This document shows positions 14,475 through 47,001 of a stretch of 64,000 nt of DNA, one piece after another. This DNA is from Chrysomallon squamiferum. Its lineage: Eukaryota > Animalia > Mollusca. Every line of letters begins with the position of its first letter. The first letter of the stretch is position 1. Both the position numbers and the translations under genes were made by a program. The notes beneath the pieces were generated by a model. The model had not been told where the DNA came from, ran no database searches, and saw only the letters and a program-made list of their open reading frames with translations. The stretch covers positions 2,542,001 to 2,606,000 of the forward strand of contig CM022675.1 of the NCBI GenBank assembly GCA_012295275.1. Direction: 5' to 3'.

Positions 14475-17195
14475 TATATATATATCAGCGGTACTTCTGT
14501 AAACATAGTTTATATATGTGTATATGTCCGCGGTACTTCTGTAAACATAGTTTATATATGTGTATATGTCCGCGGTACTTCTGTAAACATAGTTTATATA
14601 TGTGTATATGTCCGTGGTACTTCTGTAAATATAGTTTATATATATGTATATGTCCATGGTACTTCTGTAAACATAGTTTATATATATGTATATATGTATC
14701 TGTAAACATAGTTTATATGGTACTTCTGTAAACATATATATATGTATATGTCCATGGTACTTCTGTAAACATAGTTTATATATATATGGTACTTCTGTAA
14801 ATATAGTTTATATATGTGTATATGTCCGCGGTACTTCTGTAAACATAGTTTATATATGTGTATATGTCCGCGGTACTTCTGTAAACATAGTTTATATATA
14901 TGTATATGTCCGTGGTACTTCTGTAAACTTCTGTAAAACATAGCTTTTATATATGTATGTGTCCGTGGTACTTCTGTAAACATACATTTATATATATGTA
15001 TGTGTCCGCGGTACTTCTGTAAACATAGTTTATATATATGTATGTGTCCGTGGTACTTCTGTAAACATAGTTTATATATATGTATGTGTCCGCGGTACTT
15101 CTGTAAACATAGTTTATATATATGTATGTGTCCGTGGTACTTCTGTAAACATAGTTTATATATATGTATGTGTCCGCGGTACTTCTGTAAACATAGTTTT
15201 ATATATATATGTGTTGGTACTTCTGTAAACATAGTTTATATATATGTATGTGTCCGTGGTACTTCTGTAAACATAGTTTATATATATGTATGTGTCCATG
15301 GTACTTCTGTAAACATAGTTTATATATATATGTATATGTCCATGGTACTTCTGTAAACATAGTTTATATATATGTATGTGTACTTCTGTAAACATAGTTT
15401 ATATATATGTATATGTCCGTGGTACTTCTGTAAACATAGTTTATATATATGTATATGTCCGTGGTACTTCTGTAAACATAGTTTATATATATGTATATGT
15501 CCGCGGTACTTCTGTAAACTTAGTTTATATATATATATATGTATATGTCCGTGGTACTTCTGTAAACATAGTTTATATATATGTATGTGTCCGTGGTACT
15601 TCTGTAAACATACATTTATATATATATATGTGTGGTACTTCTGTAAACATAGTTTATATATATGTATGTGTCCGTGGTACTTCTGTAAACATAGTTTATA
15701 TATATATATACTTTTAAATATAGTTTATATATATGTGTCCGCGGTACTTCTGTAAACATAGTTTATATATATGTATGTGTCCGTGGTACTTCTGTAAACA
15801 TACATTTATATATATGTATGTGTCCGCGGTACTTCTGTAAACATAGTTTATATATGTTTATATGTCCGCGGTACTTCTGTAAACACAGTTTATATATATG
15901 TATGTGTCCGCGGTACTTCTGTAAACATAGTTTATATATGTGTATATGTCCGTGGTACTTCTGTAAACATAGTTTTATATATATATATATATGTCCGTGG
16001 TACTTCTGTAAACATAGTTTATATATATGTATATGTCCGTGGTACTTCTGTAAACATAGTTTTATATATATATATATATGGTATATGTCCGTTTATATAT
16101 GGTACTTCTGTAAACATAGTTTATATATATGTATGTGTCCGTGGTACTTCTGTAAACATACATTTATATATATGTATGTGTCCGCGGTACTTCTGTAAAC
16201 ATAGTTTATATATATGTATGTGTCCGCGGTACTTCTGTAAACATAGTTTATATATATGTATATGTCCGCGGTACTTCTGTAAACATAGTTTATATATATG
16301 TATATGTCCGTGGTACTTCTGTAAACACACTTTTTATATATATGTATATGTCCGCGGTACTTCTGTAAACATAGTTTATATATATGTATATGTCCGTGGT
16401 ACTTCTGTAAACACAGTTTATATATATGTATGTGTCCGCTCGGTACTTCTGTAAACATAGTTTATATATGTGTATATGTCCGTGGTACTTCTGTAAACAT
16501 AGTTTATTTATATATATGTATATGTCCGTGGTACTTCTGTAAACATAGTTATATATATATATATGTATGTCCGCGGTACTTCTGTAAACTTAGTTTAATA
16601 TATATATATATGTATATGTCCGTGGTACTTGTGTAAATATAGTTTATAAATATGTATGTGTCCGTGGTACTTCTGTAAACATATTTATATATATGTATGT
16701 GTCCGCGGTACTTCTGTAAACATAGTTTATATATATGTATATGTCCGTGGTACTTCTGTAAACATAGTTTATATATATTTATATGTCCGCGGTACTTCTG
16801 TAAACATAGTTTATATATATGTATATGTCCATGGTACATAGTTTTCTGTAAACATAGTTTATATATATGTATATGTCCGCTGTACTTCTGTAAACATAGT
16901 TTATATATATGTATATGTCCGCGGTACTTCTGTAAACACACTTTATATATATATATATGTATATGTCATATGTCCGTGGTACTTCTGTAAACATAGTTTA
17001 TATATATATATGTATATGTCTGCGGTACTTCTGTAAACACACTTTTTATATATATATGTATATGTCTGCGGTACTTCTGTAAACACAGTTTATATATATG
17101 TATATGTCCGTGGTACTTCTGTAAACATTGTTTATATATATATGTATATGTCCGCGGTACTTCTGTAAACATAATTTGTATATGTGTATATGTAC
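14027..17195. repeat. About 42-bp satellite, roughly 70 copies
   Basis: Core GTCCGYGGTACTTCTGTAAACATAGTTT followed by a variable-length (TA)n/TGTATAT tail. Confidence 0.97.
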
Positions 17196-17777
17196 AGTAC
17201 GTTTCTGCTTGTGTAGTATACGTTATTTCACTGACTGCCAGTCTGCATCTTCTGCACATGAATTAGGCCGTTACTTCAAATAAACGTGAGTACACTTTTC
17301 TGTACATTTCTATGAATATAGCTTCAGTAATGTATGTCTACACTAAATTATGTTTACATTAATAAGTATATGTCCATGCTTTGTGCAGATTTATAAGGAA
17401 ATTAATATTTATCAACAATAAAATTTAGCTGGTATGCTAAAGAAATAATTCCTAAATACGTTGTTGTTTACCTACGGAAAGTCTGTATTACAGACTGAAT
17501 TAAGTATGCATTATTACCTAATATAAAATGCACTTATAGGTAGTTTCCCTGTGTCAAAAAATAAATAACGAAGTAAATAATACTAATAATAATAGTAATA
17601 ATAATACTATTAATAATAATAATAAAAATAATAATAATAAAAATAATAAAAGTAAAAAAGTAAGTAAATAAATAAACACAAATAAATATATCTGGACGCC
17701 GCCAGTAGTCGTGATGTCTTCGCGTACTTACTGATCGATTTGTACTAACGTTTCTTCGGGAATGAGTAAACAACTCT

Positions 17778-18781
<1,004 letters not shown>

Positions 18782-18820
18782 TCTTTGTTTTTTCTTTGTT
18801 TTTTTCAGTATAAACAAAAG

Positions 18821-27855
<9,035 letters not shown>

Positions 27856-28087
27856 TTAATCTGACAAAGATCGATGTTACTGTAGTAGCAAACTGAACTT
27901 GAAAACTGTTTTAATTTTTACGTAAAGAAACTTTGCTTGAAGATCGTCTTTGCTTTACTAGTTTTAAATAATTGTTTTGCGCTTTGCCAGTTACTCATTC
28001 ATTATGTTCCATTTTTTAAATTATTTATTTATTTATTTATTATTATTCATTATTCTTATTATTCCTATTATTCTTCTTGTTCTTCTT

Positions 28088-28118
<31 letters not shown>

Positions 28119-28135
28119 TTATTATTATTATTTTA

Positions 28136-28168
<33 letters not shown>

Positions 28169-28379
28169 TAATTAGGTGCTTACTTAATTACTCGCTTAAT
28201 CGCGTACATCTGTGTTTCTTTCACTACACCTTTGTCTAACTAAATAATTTGTTTTTGATATATTATATGTTTTAATTTTCTTTCGTTTTTGTTTTTGATT
28301 TAATTTTAACTCCCTTTAATTGGCGTAAAAGTAAAAATGTTTCGTTATGGTTATGATTATGATGGTTATTGTGATTGTG

Positions 28380-28430
<51 letters not shown>

Positions 28431-28759
28431 TGATTGCTTACTTGCTTGCTTTCATTTAAATATAATTGGTTTAGTTAATCGCTTATTTTCATACCTTTAG
28501 CTTTTGGTATTTTAGTTTGTTTCCCATTCACATTGTGTGTTTTTTTTCAATTATTCTTTGTGTATTTCTTTATTGCGTTGCTATTTTATCAGTTATTTCA
28601 TTATTTTTTGCATTTCGTCTAATACATTTTATTTATATTTAATTTAATTTTATTTCATTATTATTATTATTATCTTTATTTTTTATTTTATTATTTTTTT
28701 TAATGTATTTGTTTATTGCTATTTTATTTTTTGCTTTTTATTATATATCCAAGAATTTC

Positions 28760-28765
28760 AATAAA
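28760..28765 (+). terminator. Candidate polyadenylation signal of gene A
   Basis: AATAAA at the end of a long T-rich 3' region, followed by GT-rich sequence. The hexamer is common in this AT-rich DNA. Confidence 0.4.
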
Positions 28766-29518
28766 GCTTGTAGCAATGAATGTCAGGTGATTTGTTTTCT
28801 TTATTAATTCATAAACCGTGCTAAGATATTGTTTGATGTTCAGGTACATATTAGTCACCAAATTACCTCTGTTTTGCGCTTATTTTATTCTAGGTAATTA
28901 ATCTAGGTAATATTTAAGGTGAAATGGTTTCTTGATACTTACAAATTTAATGACAAATGAGTTAGGACTTCATTTTATCTTGTTGTCAGTTTGCACATGT
29001 CCACAAATAAAGAATACTGAACAGTAAGATGACACATTTTATGTGCTTCTAGGTACAAGATTCTCTTTTATGAAATTTATAAATACCAATAATAACTTAC
29101 TTAGTGAAATTCATCATTCTGCAGTGTTAAAGCCCTTATGAAAATCATTGTAAACTGCAGTGCTATTATGGCAATAATTACTCATAATTTACTAACAATC
29201 CAAACCAGCCTAACACTCTACAGTAAAATAGTGTTACAATAATCATTATTCTTAACTTACTGAAGGAAAACACAACAACATAACATTCTACAGTAAAATG
29301 TTGTTATAATAATAATTGTTAAAATCTTACTTAATAAAAAATAACATTCTACACTAAAATGCTATAATGACAATAATTATTCATAACTTACTCAAAGAAA
29401 CTCCCCCAAACAAAAAAAAAAAAAAAAAACAAAAACAATCTACCAAAAAATCACACATAGCATTGTGCAGTAAAATGCTTACTTTTATTTTATTTCGTTA
29501 TTGTTGTTGTTGTTGTTG

Positions 29519-29585
<67 letters not shown>

Positions 29586-29942
29586 GCATTTTGTTTGCAA
29601 TTATTATTATTTTTCGTTTTTGTTTCTCGTTTTGGCATTGCGAACGCACATGTATGCCTCTGAATGTTGGTAGTGAATCAAACAACATTTTCTTCTAAAA
29701 TCTAGTTATGAATTTAACACGCCAGACTCGTTTACTACCGAATTAAACATTACACTTAACAATTCTGAAAGTAACAAAGAGACATCTGAACATCAGTGTT
29801 ACGTATTTGAAACACATTGTTTAAAATACTGATCTATAATAAATATGCGTTTAAAAAAAAAAGGATTGAAATACGTGCGTCAAAATATTTCTCATAACTT
29901 TATGAAGAAATTGTTACAAAACGGATTTCGCTGGTTTTACAT

Positions 29943-30195
29943 TTAGAACAGTGGTCTCTTATAACTAGCAAAACCTTTGATTGCCCCACTAACCATTTAC
30001 CTAGGTCTTTCTCATACTGATACTTCATCGTAACAAAAATATTACACCCGGAGCCTCCTGCTGTCACACAGTATTCTTAAGATAAAAATGTAGAGTGGTT
30101 TGATTTTGACAATGCAGGGTTCACTGACAAAATAGGAGAACAAGTAAACTGACCTGGCTCACCTATATGAAATTAATGTTCATACTTAGTAACTT
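29943..30195 (+). repeat. About 250-bp element present three times near paralogs (also about 35960-36135 and 37595-37890)
   Basis: Shared CTCTTATAACT.G.AA.ACCTTTGATTG.CC.ACT.ACCATTTACCT, CCTGCTGTCA, TAAG.T.AAAATG and GGGTTCA blocks. Confidence 0.8.
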
Positions 30196-30222
30196 GTTTA
30201 TGTAGTAGTAGTAGTAGTAGTA

Positions 30223-30274
<52 letters not shown>

Positions 30275-30347
30275 TAATATTAATGAAAATAATTAGAATA
30301 ACAGTAGTCATAATAATAATAGTAGTAATAATAATAATAATAATAAT

Positions 30348-30379
<32 letters not shown>

Positions 30380-30769
30380 AGAAAAAAGATGATGATGATG
30401 ATAATTATGATTATGATGATGATGGTGATGATGAAGAACACGAACATGGAGAATAAGATCAAGAGACGACAAGCAGTAGCTCTCTCTTTCTCTCTTTGTG
30501 TAGTGTGTATGTGTATGTCTGTGTATGTGTGTGTATATATATATATATACACACTGTTTTGTTTTCTTAATTTGTTTATTTGTTGTTTTTTTTTGCTTAT
30601 TTAAAGAAGTTACGAAGGAATTCTAGTGACTAACGAACAACACAATCAGACATCAACGAGTTCAATGCTGTCTATTTCATTTGCACAATGTTCTGTACTG
30701 AAAAAAAAAAAAAAAAAAAAGAACAAAACATGAATGCGTGTTATCTTTATTTTCAGGGAGATCTCCCAT

Positions 30770-33700
30770 AAGAACAGTTTAGCGCTGCTGTGTGCAAGTA
30801 ATGTGCAGTCATTTAATCTCTTCTGTTACATACACAGACTCAGAAATAACTGGTTTTTTATTTTTATTTTTATTTTATTTTTTTTTTTTCAAGAAACTTC
30901 AAAGATCATGATTCGTCTGGCTGGAGGCAGTTCAGAACGAGAAGGTCGAGTAGAGATTAAATATCTTGGAATGTGGGGCACAGTCTGTGATAAATATCAT
31001 ACTGATTACAACGCAGCTGTTTACTGCAGAATGCTGGGTTTTACTAAGTAAGTTATTAATAATCATTATTATCACAGCTGTTTACTGCAGAATGCTGGGT
31101 TTTACTTGCAGAAAGTTTGTTTTATTAATAATGATTATTATCACAGCTGTTTACTGCAGATATAAGTTATTAATAATGATTATTATCACAGCTGTTTACT
31201 GCAGAATGCTGGGTTTTACTAAGTAAGTTATTAATAATGATTATTATCACAGCTGTTTACTGCAGAATGCTGGGTTTCACTAAGTAAGTTATTAATAATG
31301 ATTATTATCACAGCTGTTTATTGCAGAATGCTTTTCACTAAGTAAGTTATTAATAATGATTATTATCACAGCTGTTTTGCAGAATGCTGGGTTTTACAGT
31401 TATTAAATGCTGGGTTTTACTAAGTAAGTTATTAATAATGATTCTTATAACAGCTGTTTATTGCAGAATGCTGGGTTTCACTAAGTAAGTTATTAATAAT
31501 GATTATTATCACAGCTGTTTACTGCAGAATGCTGGGTTTTACTAAGTAAGTTATTAATAATGATTATTATCACAGCTGTTTACTGCAGAATGCTGGGTTT
31601 TACTAAGTAAGTTATTAATAATGATTATTATCACAGCTGTTTACTGCAGAATGCTGGGTTTTACTAAGTAAGTTATTAATAATGATTATTATCACAGCTG
31701 TTTACTACAGAATGCTGGGTTTCACTAATTACGTTTTTAATAATGATTCTTATAACAGCTGTTTATTGCAGAATGCTGGGTTTCACTAAGTAAGTTATTA
31801 ATAATGATTATTATCACAGCTGTTTACTGCAGAATTAAGTAAGTTTTAATAATGATTATTATAACAGCTGTTTATTGCAGAATGCTGGGTTTTAAGTTTT
31901 AATAATTTATTTCACAGCTGTGCAGAATGCTGGGTTTCACTAAGTAAGTTATTAATAATGATTATTATCACAGCTGTTTACTGCAGAATGCTGGGTTTTA
32001 CTAAGTAAGTTATTTAATGATTATTATCACAGCTGTTTACTTGGGTTTTACTAAGTAAGTTATTAATAATGATTATTATCACAGCTGTTTACTGCAGAAT
32101 GCTGGGTTTCACTAATTACGTTTTTAATAATGATTATTATCACAGCTGTTTACTGCAGAATGCTGGGTTTCACTAAGTAAGTTATTAATAATGATTATTA
32201 TCACAGCTGTTTACTGCAGAATGCTGGGTTTTACTAAGTAAGTTATTAATAATGATTATTATCACAGCTGTTTACTGCAGAATGCTGGGTTTTACTAAGT
32301 ACGTTTTTTATTAATAATAAGTAAGTTATTAATAGTGATTATTATGTTTACTGCAGAATGCTGGGTACTAAGTTATTAAGTTATTAACAATGGATTATTA
32401 TAACAGCTGTTTACTGCAGAATGCTGGGTTTCACTAAGTAAGTTATTAATAATGATTATTATCACAGCTGTTTACTGCAGAATGCTGGGTTTTACTAAGT
32501 AAGTTATTAATAATGATTATTATAACAGCTGTTTACTGCAGAATGCTGGGTTTCACTAAGTAAGTTATTAATAATGATTATTATAACAGCTGTTTTATTA
32601 AGCAGAAGTTTATTAAGTTATTAATAATGATTATTATCACAGCTGTTTACTTTTAAGTTATTAACAAGGATTATTATAACAGCTGTTTTGCAGAATGCTG
32701 GGTTTTACTAAGTTATTAATAAAGTGCAGAAGTTATTGATTATTAACAGCTGTTTACTGCAGAATGCTGGGTTTCACTAAGTAAGTTATTAATTGATTAT
32801 TATCACAGCTGTTTACTGCAGATTTGCTGGGTTTCTGTTTACTGCAGAAAGTAAGTTATTAATAATGATTATTATAACAGCTGTTTACTGCAGAATGCTG
32901 GGTTTCACTAAGTAAGTTATTAATAATGATTTATCACAGCTGTTTACTGCAGAATGCTGGCTGTTTACAGCTGTTTGCAGAATGCTGGGTTTCACTAAGT
33001 AAGTTATTAATAATGATTATTATCACAGCTGTTTACTGCAGAATGCTGGGTTTTAAGTTAAATAAGTTATTTTAAGTTATTAACATGCTGTTTAGCTGCA
33101 GAATGCTGGGTTTCACTAAGTAAGTTATTAACAAGGATTATTATAACAGCTGTTTACTGCAGAATGCTGGGTTTCACTAAGTAAGTTATTAATAATGATT
33201 ATTATAACAGCTGTTTGCTGCAGAATGCTGGGTTTCACTAAGTAAGTTATTAATAGTGATTATTATAACAGCTGTTTGCTGCAGAATGCTAGGTTTCACT
33301 AAGTAAGTTATTAATAATGACTATTATAACAGCTGTTTACAGAAAATATAGAGGAAAAAATTGACATGTGTCCCTTTTCTCATTAATAAATAGTTGTCTC
33401 CGTTACGTTTTTGTTTTTTTCTTCGTTATTTTTGTTGTTGTTGTTGTTATTGTTTTAATTCACACAGTTAATTCACTTATAAGAACGTGTTTTAGAAGAT
33501 AAAGATTTAAATGGTTAAGAGATAAGTAAGTCATAGTGGTATGTATTAGTAACGAGTTAAACAAGTTTGTGATGTCTAGATAGGTTTGTATAATGTACTG
33601 ATTGAACTGATGTTAATTACATTCTGGAATTTTGTTTCATTTTTTTTTTTTTTTTTTTTTTTTTTTTATTATTTTTTTATTATTTATTTATTACTTTTTT

Positions 33701-34714
33701 TTTTAATAAGTTATTGACTTCCTTAATTTATATTCATTAAAGTATTAAAATGAAATTAAAAGTTAAAACGACGTATCCTACGTTTTACAGTTCAAATGCA
33801 ATAGCAGTTCCTCAAGCCCATTTTGGTAAAGGGTCAGGAGCTATCTTGATTTGTATTGTTTATTGTTTGGGAAACGAAACCAGTCTTGACCAGTGTAGTT
33901 TTGTATGGGGCAATACAAAGGGCACGCACAGAAATGATGCTGGTGTGATATGTGCAGATAACATTAAACAACAACTGTTAAATATTAGTTTCTAAATTTA
34001 ACATTTCTCAAAATATTCTTCAAGTTATAGGGATTGAGGAAACGGAGACGATGTTGAAAAGTTTTGTTTTGTTTAGATATTTTTAGCACATAAAATCTGA
34101 AATTATTGCTAATTTTACAGGAATCCTAATGTTTGTCCTTCAGAAAATGTCTCGTTTTGAAGTCGGAAATAAATAAAAATAAAATAAAATAAAATAAAGT
34201 GAAATTAATAAAATAAAATGTAATAAATAAAATAAAACCTTCCATACCGTTAAAGCTTGCAATATGTCTATTCGATACAAATATTATTATTATTATTATT
34301 ATTAGATGCACAAAATTATATTAGATGTTTCATTATTTTAAAAATGTATTTCATTTTTTAGAACTTTTCATTTCATTATTATCGTCAGTATTATTATCAC
34401 AATTTTAGGCCGAATATTGAATCTTGTCTTCTTTTTTATTGCATACTGATCAACTTGTACTAAACATCTGTTGTGTGAGTGAATAGTCAATAATTCGTCG
34501 CCGCTTCCAGTTATTATTATTAGACATCTGTACTACTGACTACTGCTCACAGAAACTAATGTAATTTTGCTTTAAGCAACGACTTTCACAAAGAGTAATA
34601 TTATACTATTGTTCCAGCAGAGCCTGAAGCAGGCACTGTCAGCATGGAGTCTTGACCTGTTGATAATCAGCAAACTGGAGAAGATATGAAAACTTTGTAA
34701 ATCACTGAACACAG
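30770..34714 (+). pseudogene. Partial paralog fragment: end of SRCR3b, SRCR4a, SRCR4b and degraded ZP-C exon
   Basis: CAGTTTAGCGCTGCTGTGTGCA at about 30775-30797 matches the end of paralog B SRCR3b. SRCR4a is at 30894-31047. SRCR4b is at 33791-33957 with its donor GT changed to AT. The ZP-C exon at 34621-34714 reads EPEAGTVSMES*PVDNQQTGEDMKTL*ITEH, with two stops and a lost donor. No upstream EGF/ZP-N exons and no TM exon were found. Confidence 0.85.
31014..33340 (+). repeat. Same 61-bp minisatellite, roughly 38 copies, some scrambled
   Basis: Same unit following SRCR4a of the pseudogene fragment. Irregular copies may partly reflect consensus errors. Confidence 0.95.
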
Positions 34715-34946
34715 CTAACATTTTATTGTTAACCGAGTTATATATTGATACTTGTTTCGCAAACCTAGACATATATTTGTGATAGGGGCGGCTTTCCAAT
34801 GTTTAGGAATTGTATTTTTCTCAAAATATAATAACTATTTTTGGATAGATAGTGTACATAACCATCCAACAAACCTAAAATTTAGTTTCAAAAAATAATT
34901 AAACAACAACGTCTACAATATTGAAACTTTAATATATATATATATA

Positions 34947-34977
<31 letters not shown>

Positions 34978-36660
34978 TCTTATCACTACAACACATGGAG
35001 TAATTAATTAGATAAACTAATTAAACAGGCTATCGCACTTTTTTCTGTGAACACATTTTAGGCAACATTTCATTGCATTTTAATCTGAGACGAAACTTTT
35101 AAAGCAAATTAATGAAGACTGTAAAAGCAAATGTTTAGATTGATTGTGTTAGAATTTTGTTCATGTATTCTTCAAGATTTTTCATTAAATAAGTTTTTTT
35201 TCTTTATTTTTTTTTTTTTTTTATATATATATATATAACATTTATAAAATCAGATAACATAACGAATCGTAAGATTTATATATGGTTGTTACATCTTTAA
35301 ATATGTATATATATATATATATATATATTGTTCAAGGAATACGAGTATTTAGCAGACAACGATCGACTTTCGTGCATTTAAACACATTTCATCCTGTCTG
35401 ATCAGCTCGTGAACATACTATTATAAAACTGGTTTGGCTGACATTAAATTTAGGACAAGGTTCTGCTTTAACTAGCTTACCTACTTTATCACACAAATAA
35501 TTCAACCTGATTATTTTTCTTTGTGATCAAATTGCCGCACTAGAAAGGTAGTAACTTTTAACTTTCAAAACATATTCAGTTATAAAATGTTCTCTAAGAA
35601 GCCAGCCAAAACTGTGATTTAAATAGGTGGCATTTCGCCAGTTGTGATACTTGGACAACTGGTACTAATAGTCACAGTAGTATGGTAATAGAAGTAGTTG
35701 TTCTATTAATACTAATACTACAGGTTGGAACGATGACAGTAGTAGTACTAGTAATAGTAGTAGTAGTAGTAGTACTAGTTGACATAATAATCGTTGCAAA
35801 GTGAAACAGTAGTTTACTTTTATATTAACACAAAATGATTCAAAAATGACATATCAGCCAAATTAGGAAAACGAAATGCATGCTTATTATCATAGTATTC
35901 ATCCTGTTTGAGAACCTTAGGAAGAAAGTGTTGTAAAAGTGAGTTGGCTGGTATTACACTGAGAACTGTGCTCTCTTATAACTGGTAACACCTTTGATTG
36001 TCCTACTTACCATTTACCTTGGTGTGACTCCTGCTGAACAACTATTACACTTGAAGAGCCTGCTGTCACCTAGAAATGATTAAGGTTAAAATGTATTGCG
36101 GTATATTTTTAACTCTCACGGGTTCATTGCTTGGTACTACTCATTTGTTCAGACTGGTGAATGCATATATTTTGTTTGTTTTGTTTTCTTAATTGTTGTA
36201 TTATTAATGTCTTTATACAGAGACTGAATACCGGCGATGATGTCATTCAAGTCGGCCAGATAAAATAACATCAGGTGAAGAATAGCTTTGATATTCCAGT
36301 AAAACGTTATTTACAGAATCAATCAATAGCGAACGTGTTTTCTAACGACAAAGGACAAATACACCTAAACAAATGAGTATGTCTGAAAATACATTTATAT
36401 TTCTGGCAAGAGCGAATCTTGTTAACGTGGCCACTTTGTTCGATAATCACAAAAGTACTGCAGGAAAAGATCGTAGTCAACACTTCACATTTTGTTTTTA
36501 TCTGTTAAATAACGTTTAGCTTTTACTTGCCAGCAGCATTCAGACAGTACAATCGCTGAAATATTATTCGTTTTTGGAATGAATGGATATGTATTTAATG
36601 ACGAATCACCTTCCATTGATTACTTGATTATTAGGTATTATTCTGTTATGCGTTATGTAT

Positions 36661-36699
<39 letters not shown>

Positions 36700-36895
36700 G
36701 TATATATGTATGTATATATGCATATATGTATGTATCTGTATGTATAATGCATGTATATATATAATTATGTAAAGACAACTGTACTGGTTATTTCTTTGAA
36801 ACCGATGTTCACACTTGTTACGGTTTTATTTTAGTATTTTATTTTGTTCTACACATTAATTTTTCTTAAAATATTTTCTTAAGTTTTTAGGTAAT

Positions 36896-36940
<45 letters not shown>

Positions 36941-37181
36941 AATAATATAATAATAATAATAATAAATATAATAATAATAGTAATACCTGTACTAATAATT
37001 ACTTCCTTGTATTGTTCTTTGCATCTAACAGAAAACAAAATAAATAAAATAAAAAGAAATAAATAAATAAGTAAGTAAGTAAATAAATAAGAACAGACTA
37101 TGAACATTTACCGAGATCAGACATGATACTAGATTTGGAACCAACGATGCATTGCAGATGGTATTTTCTGTGTCCTTAATA

Positions 37182-37291
37182 TATAAATAGAGTGAAAGTC
37201 ATCATAAGGTTGTAATTTTGCATCTGATTCAAGACAGATCAAGTTGTATGTTTCAGGCCAGTGTCATTTTCCTGAGTGACCAAGAAAGAAG
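37182..37291 (+). promoter_or_regulatory. Candidate TATA promoter and non-coding first exon of paralog B
   Basis: TATAAATAGAGTGAAAGTCATC followed about 100 nt later by the donor AAG|GTAGGT. The ATG exon begins with an acceptor 12 nt upstream of the ATG, so an upstream exon must exist. A similar motif precedes paralog C. Confidence 0.5.
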
Positions 37292-37974
37292 GTAGGTTAA
37301 GTTTACGTTCTTCAGTAAATATGTTTATATGGGTATGTACATTAACTCAAGAAATGTATGTGTACTGTTTTGTACATTTGTACTTACATTACTTCAGTAA
37401 CTATATGAGTAATTCTTCAGTATATATATATATCGTTTCTACATATTTGAAGAAAAAAAAAAACTATTTCTTCTGTTAAACATAGGTCTATAATACATAT
37501 AAGTTTCAGTAATAAGCATGGAAATACGTGCGTCCATACACAAACATCACTGTGTCTGGTAAACGTATCATGAAAGTATTATAACATTCTTACTTTCAGA
37601 GCAGTGCTCATTTTTGACTGTCCACAACTTGGATTATTCCACTGACCATTTGCCTATGTCTTTCTCATATTGGTATTTCATGGTCTTTTCCAATTTTTTT
37701 TTTTTGTTTTTTTTTTTTTTTTTTTTTTTGAGAAAATCATTACACATGAAAAACCTGCTGTCATCTAGGACTGTCTAAGATTAAAATGTGTTGAGGTATA
37801 ACTTTAACTCTCCAGGGTTCATTCGTGAAGTAGTTGAAAACGTACACTGACCTGGCTGACTTCTATGCAATCGATGTTCAAACTTCTTAGGGTGTTACTG
37901 AAGTATTTTATTTTGTTCTACACATTATCTTAGCTTTTTGGATACAATAACAACAATGACAATACTATTACTAT

Positions 37975-38013
<39 letters not shown>

Positions 38014-38082
38014 CACTACTACTACTAATAATATATATATTTTGTTTTCTATGTTTGTATCAATATATAATAAACATCACCA

Positions 38083-38174
<92 letters not shown>

Positions 38175-38387
38175 ACACACACACACGCAAACATATATAC
38201 TTTTTTTAATTTTCGAGTTATTATTTTCTATAATTTTCTCATAAAGTTTACCACAAATATAGCTTACTTCTCTATATGATATATAAAAAACCCAAAATAA
38301 AATAGTATTATTTAAAGAATTATAACAAAAAGTATAACAATAATATTAATAACAACAAAAACAACAACAATACTACTACTATTATTT

Positions 38388-38423
<36 letters not shown>

Positions 38424-38711
38424 AAATAATAATAATAATAATAATAGTAATAATAATGTTCAGAAATATCGTGTAACTTGTATATTCCTGTAGTCGCGAT
38501 GTCATCAGGTTTCGAGTGAAAGAAAAATGTTACATAGCACAGTAAAATGCCAAGTCCAAGCGATAAACGTTTTCTTAGATTAATGTAAAAAAAAAAAAAA
38601 AAAAAAGGGATGACTTCAGCAGTATGTATATATTAATTACTCCGATATTTATTCATTCTAAAACTAAGTTTATAAATAAGTCTTAATATCCAAACTACAT
38701 CTCTCTCTCTG

Positions 38712-38882
<171 letters not shown>

Positions 38883-39038
38883 CCACAGTTTTTATACATA
38901 TGACATACTCAACATCTGACGCTGGCAGTACATTTTTCTATTTATCTTTCAACACCAGAGTCACAATTCTAAATGTACCTTCCCAGAACGGGTGAAATCA
39001 ATATTTTGTCAATTTATGTTGTCATTTCTTTGAGTATT

Positions 39039-39086
<48 letters not shown>

Positions 39087-39153
39087 TATTTCTTTATTTC
39101 TTTTATTTTATTTTTTATAATATATTTTTTTTCTTTTGCAGTATAAAGTAAAT

Positions 39154-47001
<7,848 letters not shown>

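Noticed and set aside
14027-17195. CRISPR-like appearance (constant core of about 28 bp with variable spacers) and repetitive Cys/Tyr-rich ORFs
   Set aside because: Spacers are only (TA)n variants, there are no cas genes and the context is eukaryotic. The ORFs occur in all frames on both strands, as expected for a satellite.
31048-33340. 61-bp units as a series of coding micro-exons (AVYCRMLGFTK repeats)
   Set aside because: Spacers of about 30 nt are too short to be ordinary introns, the unit length is not a multiple of 3, and each unit contains stops.
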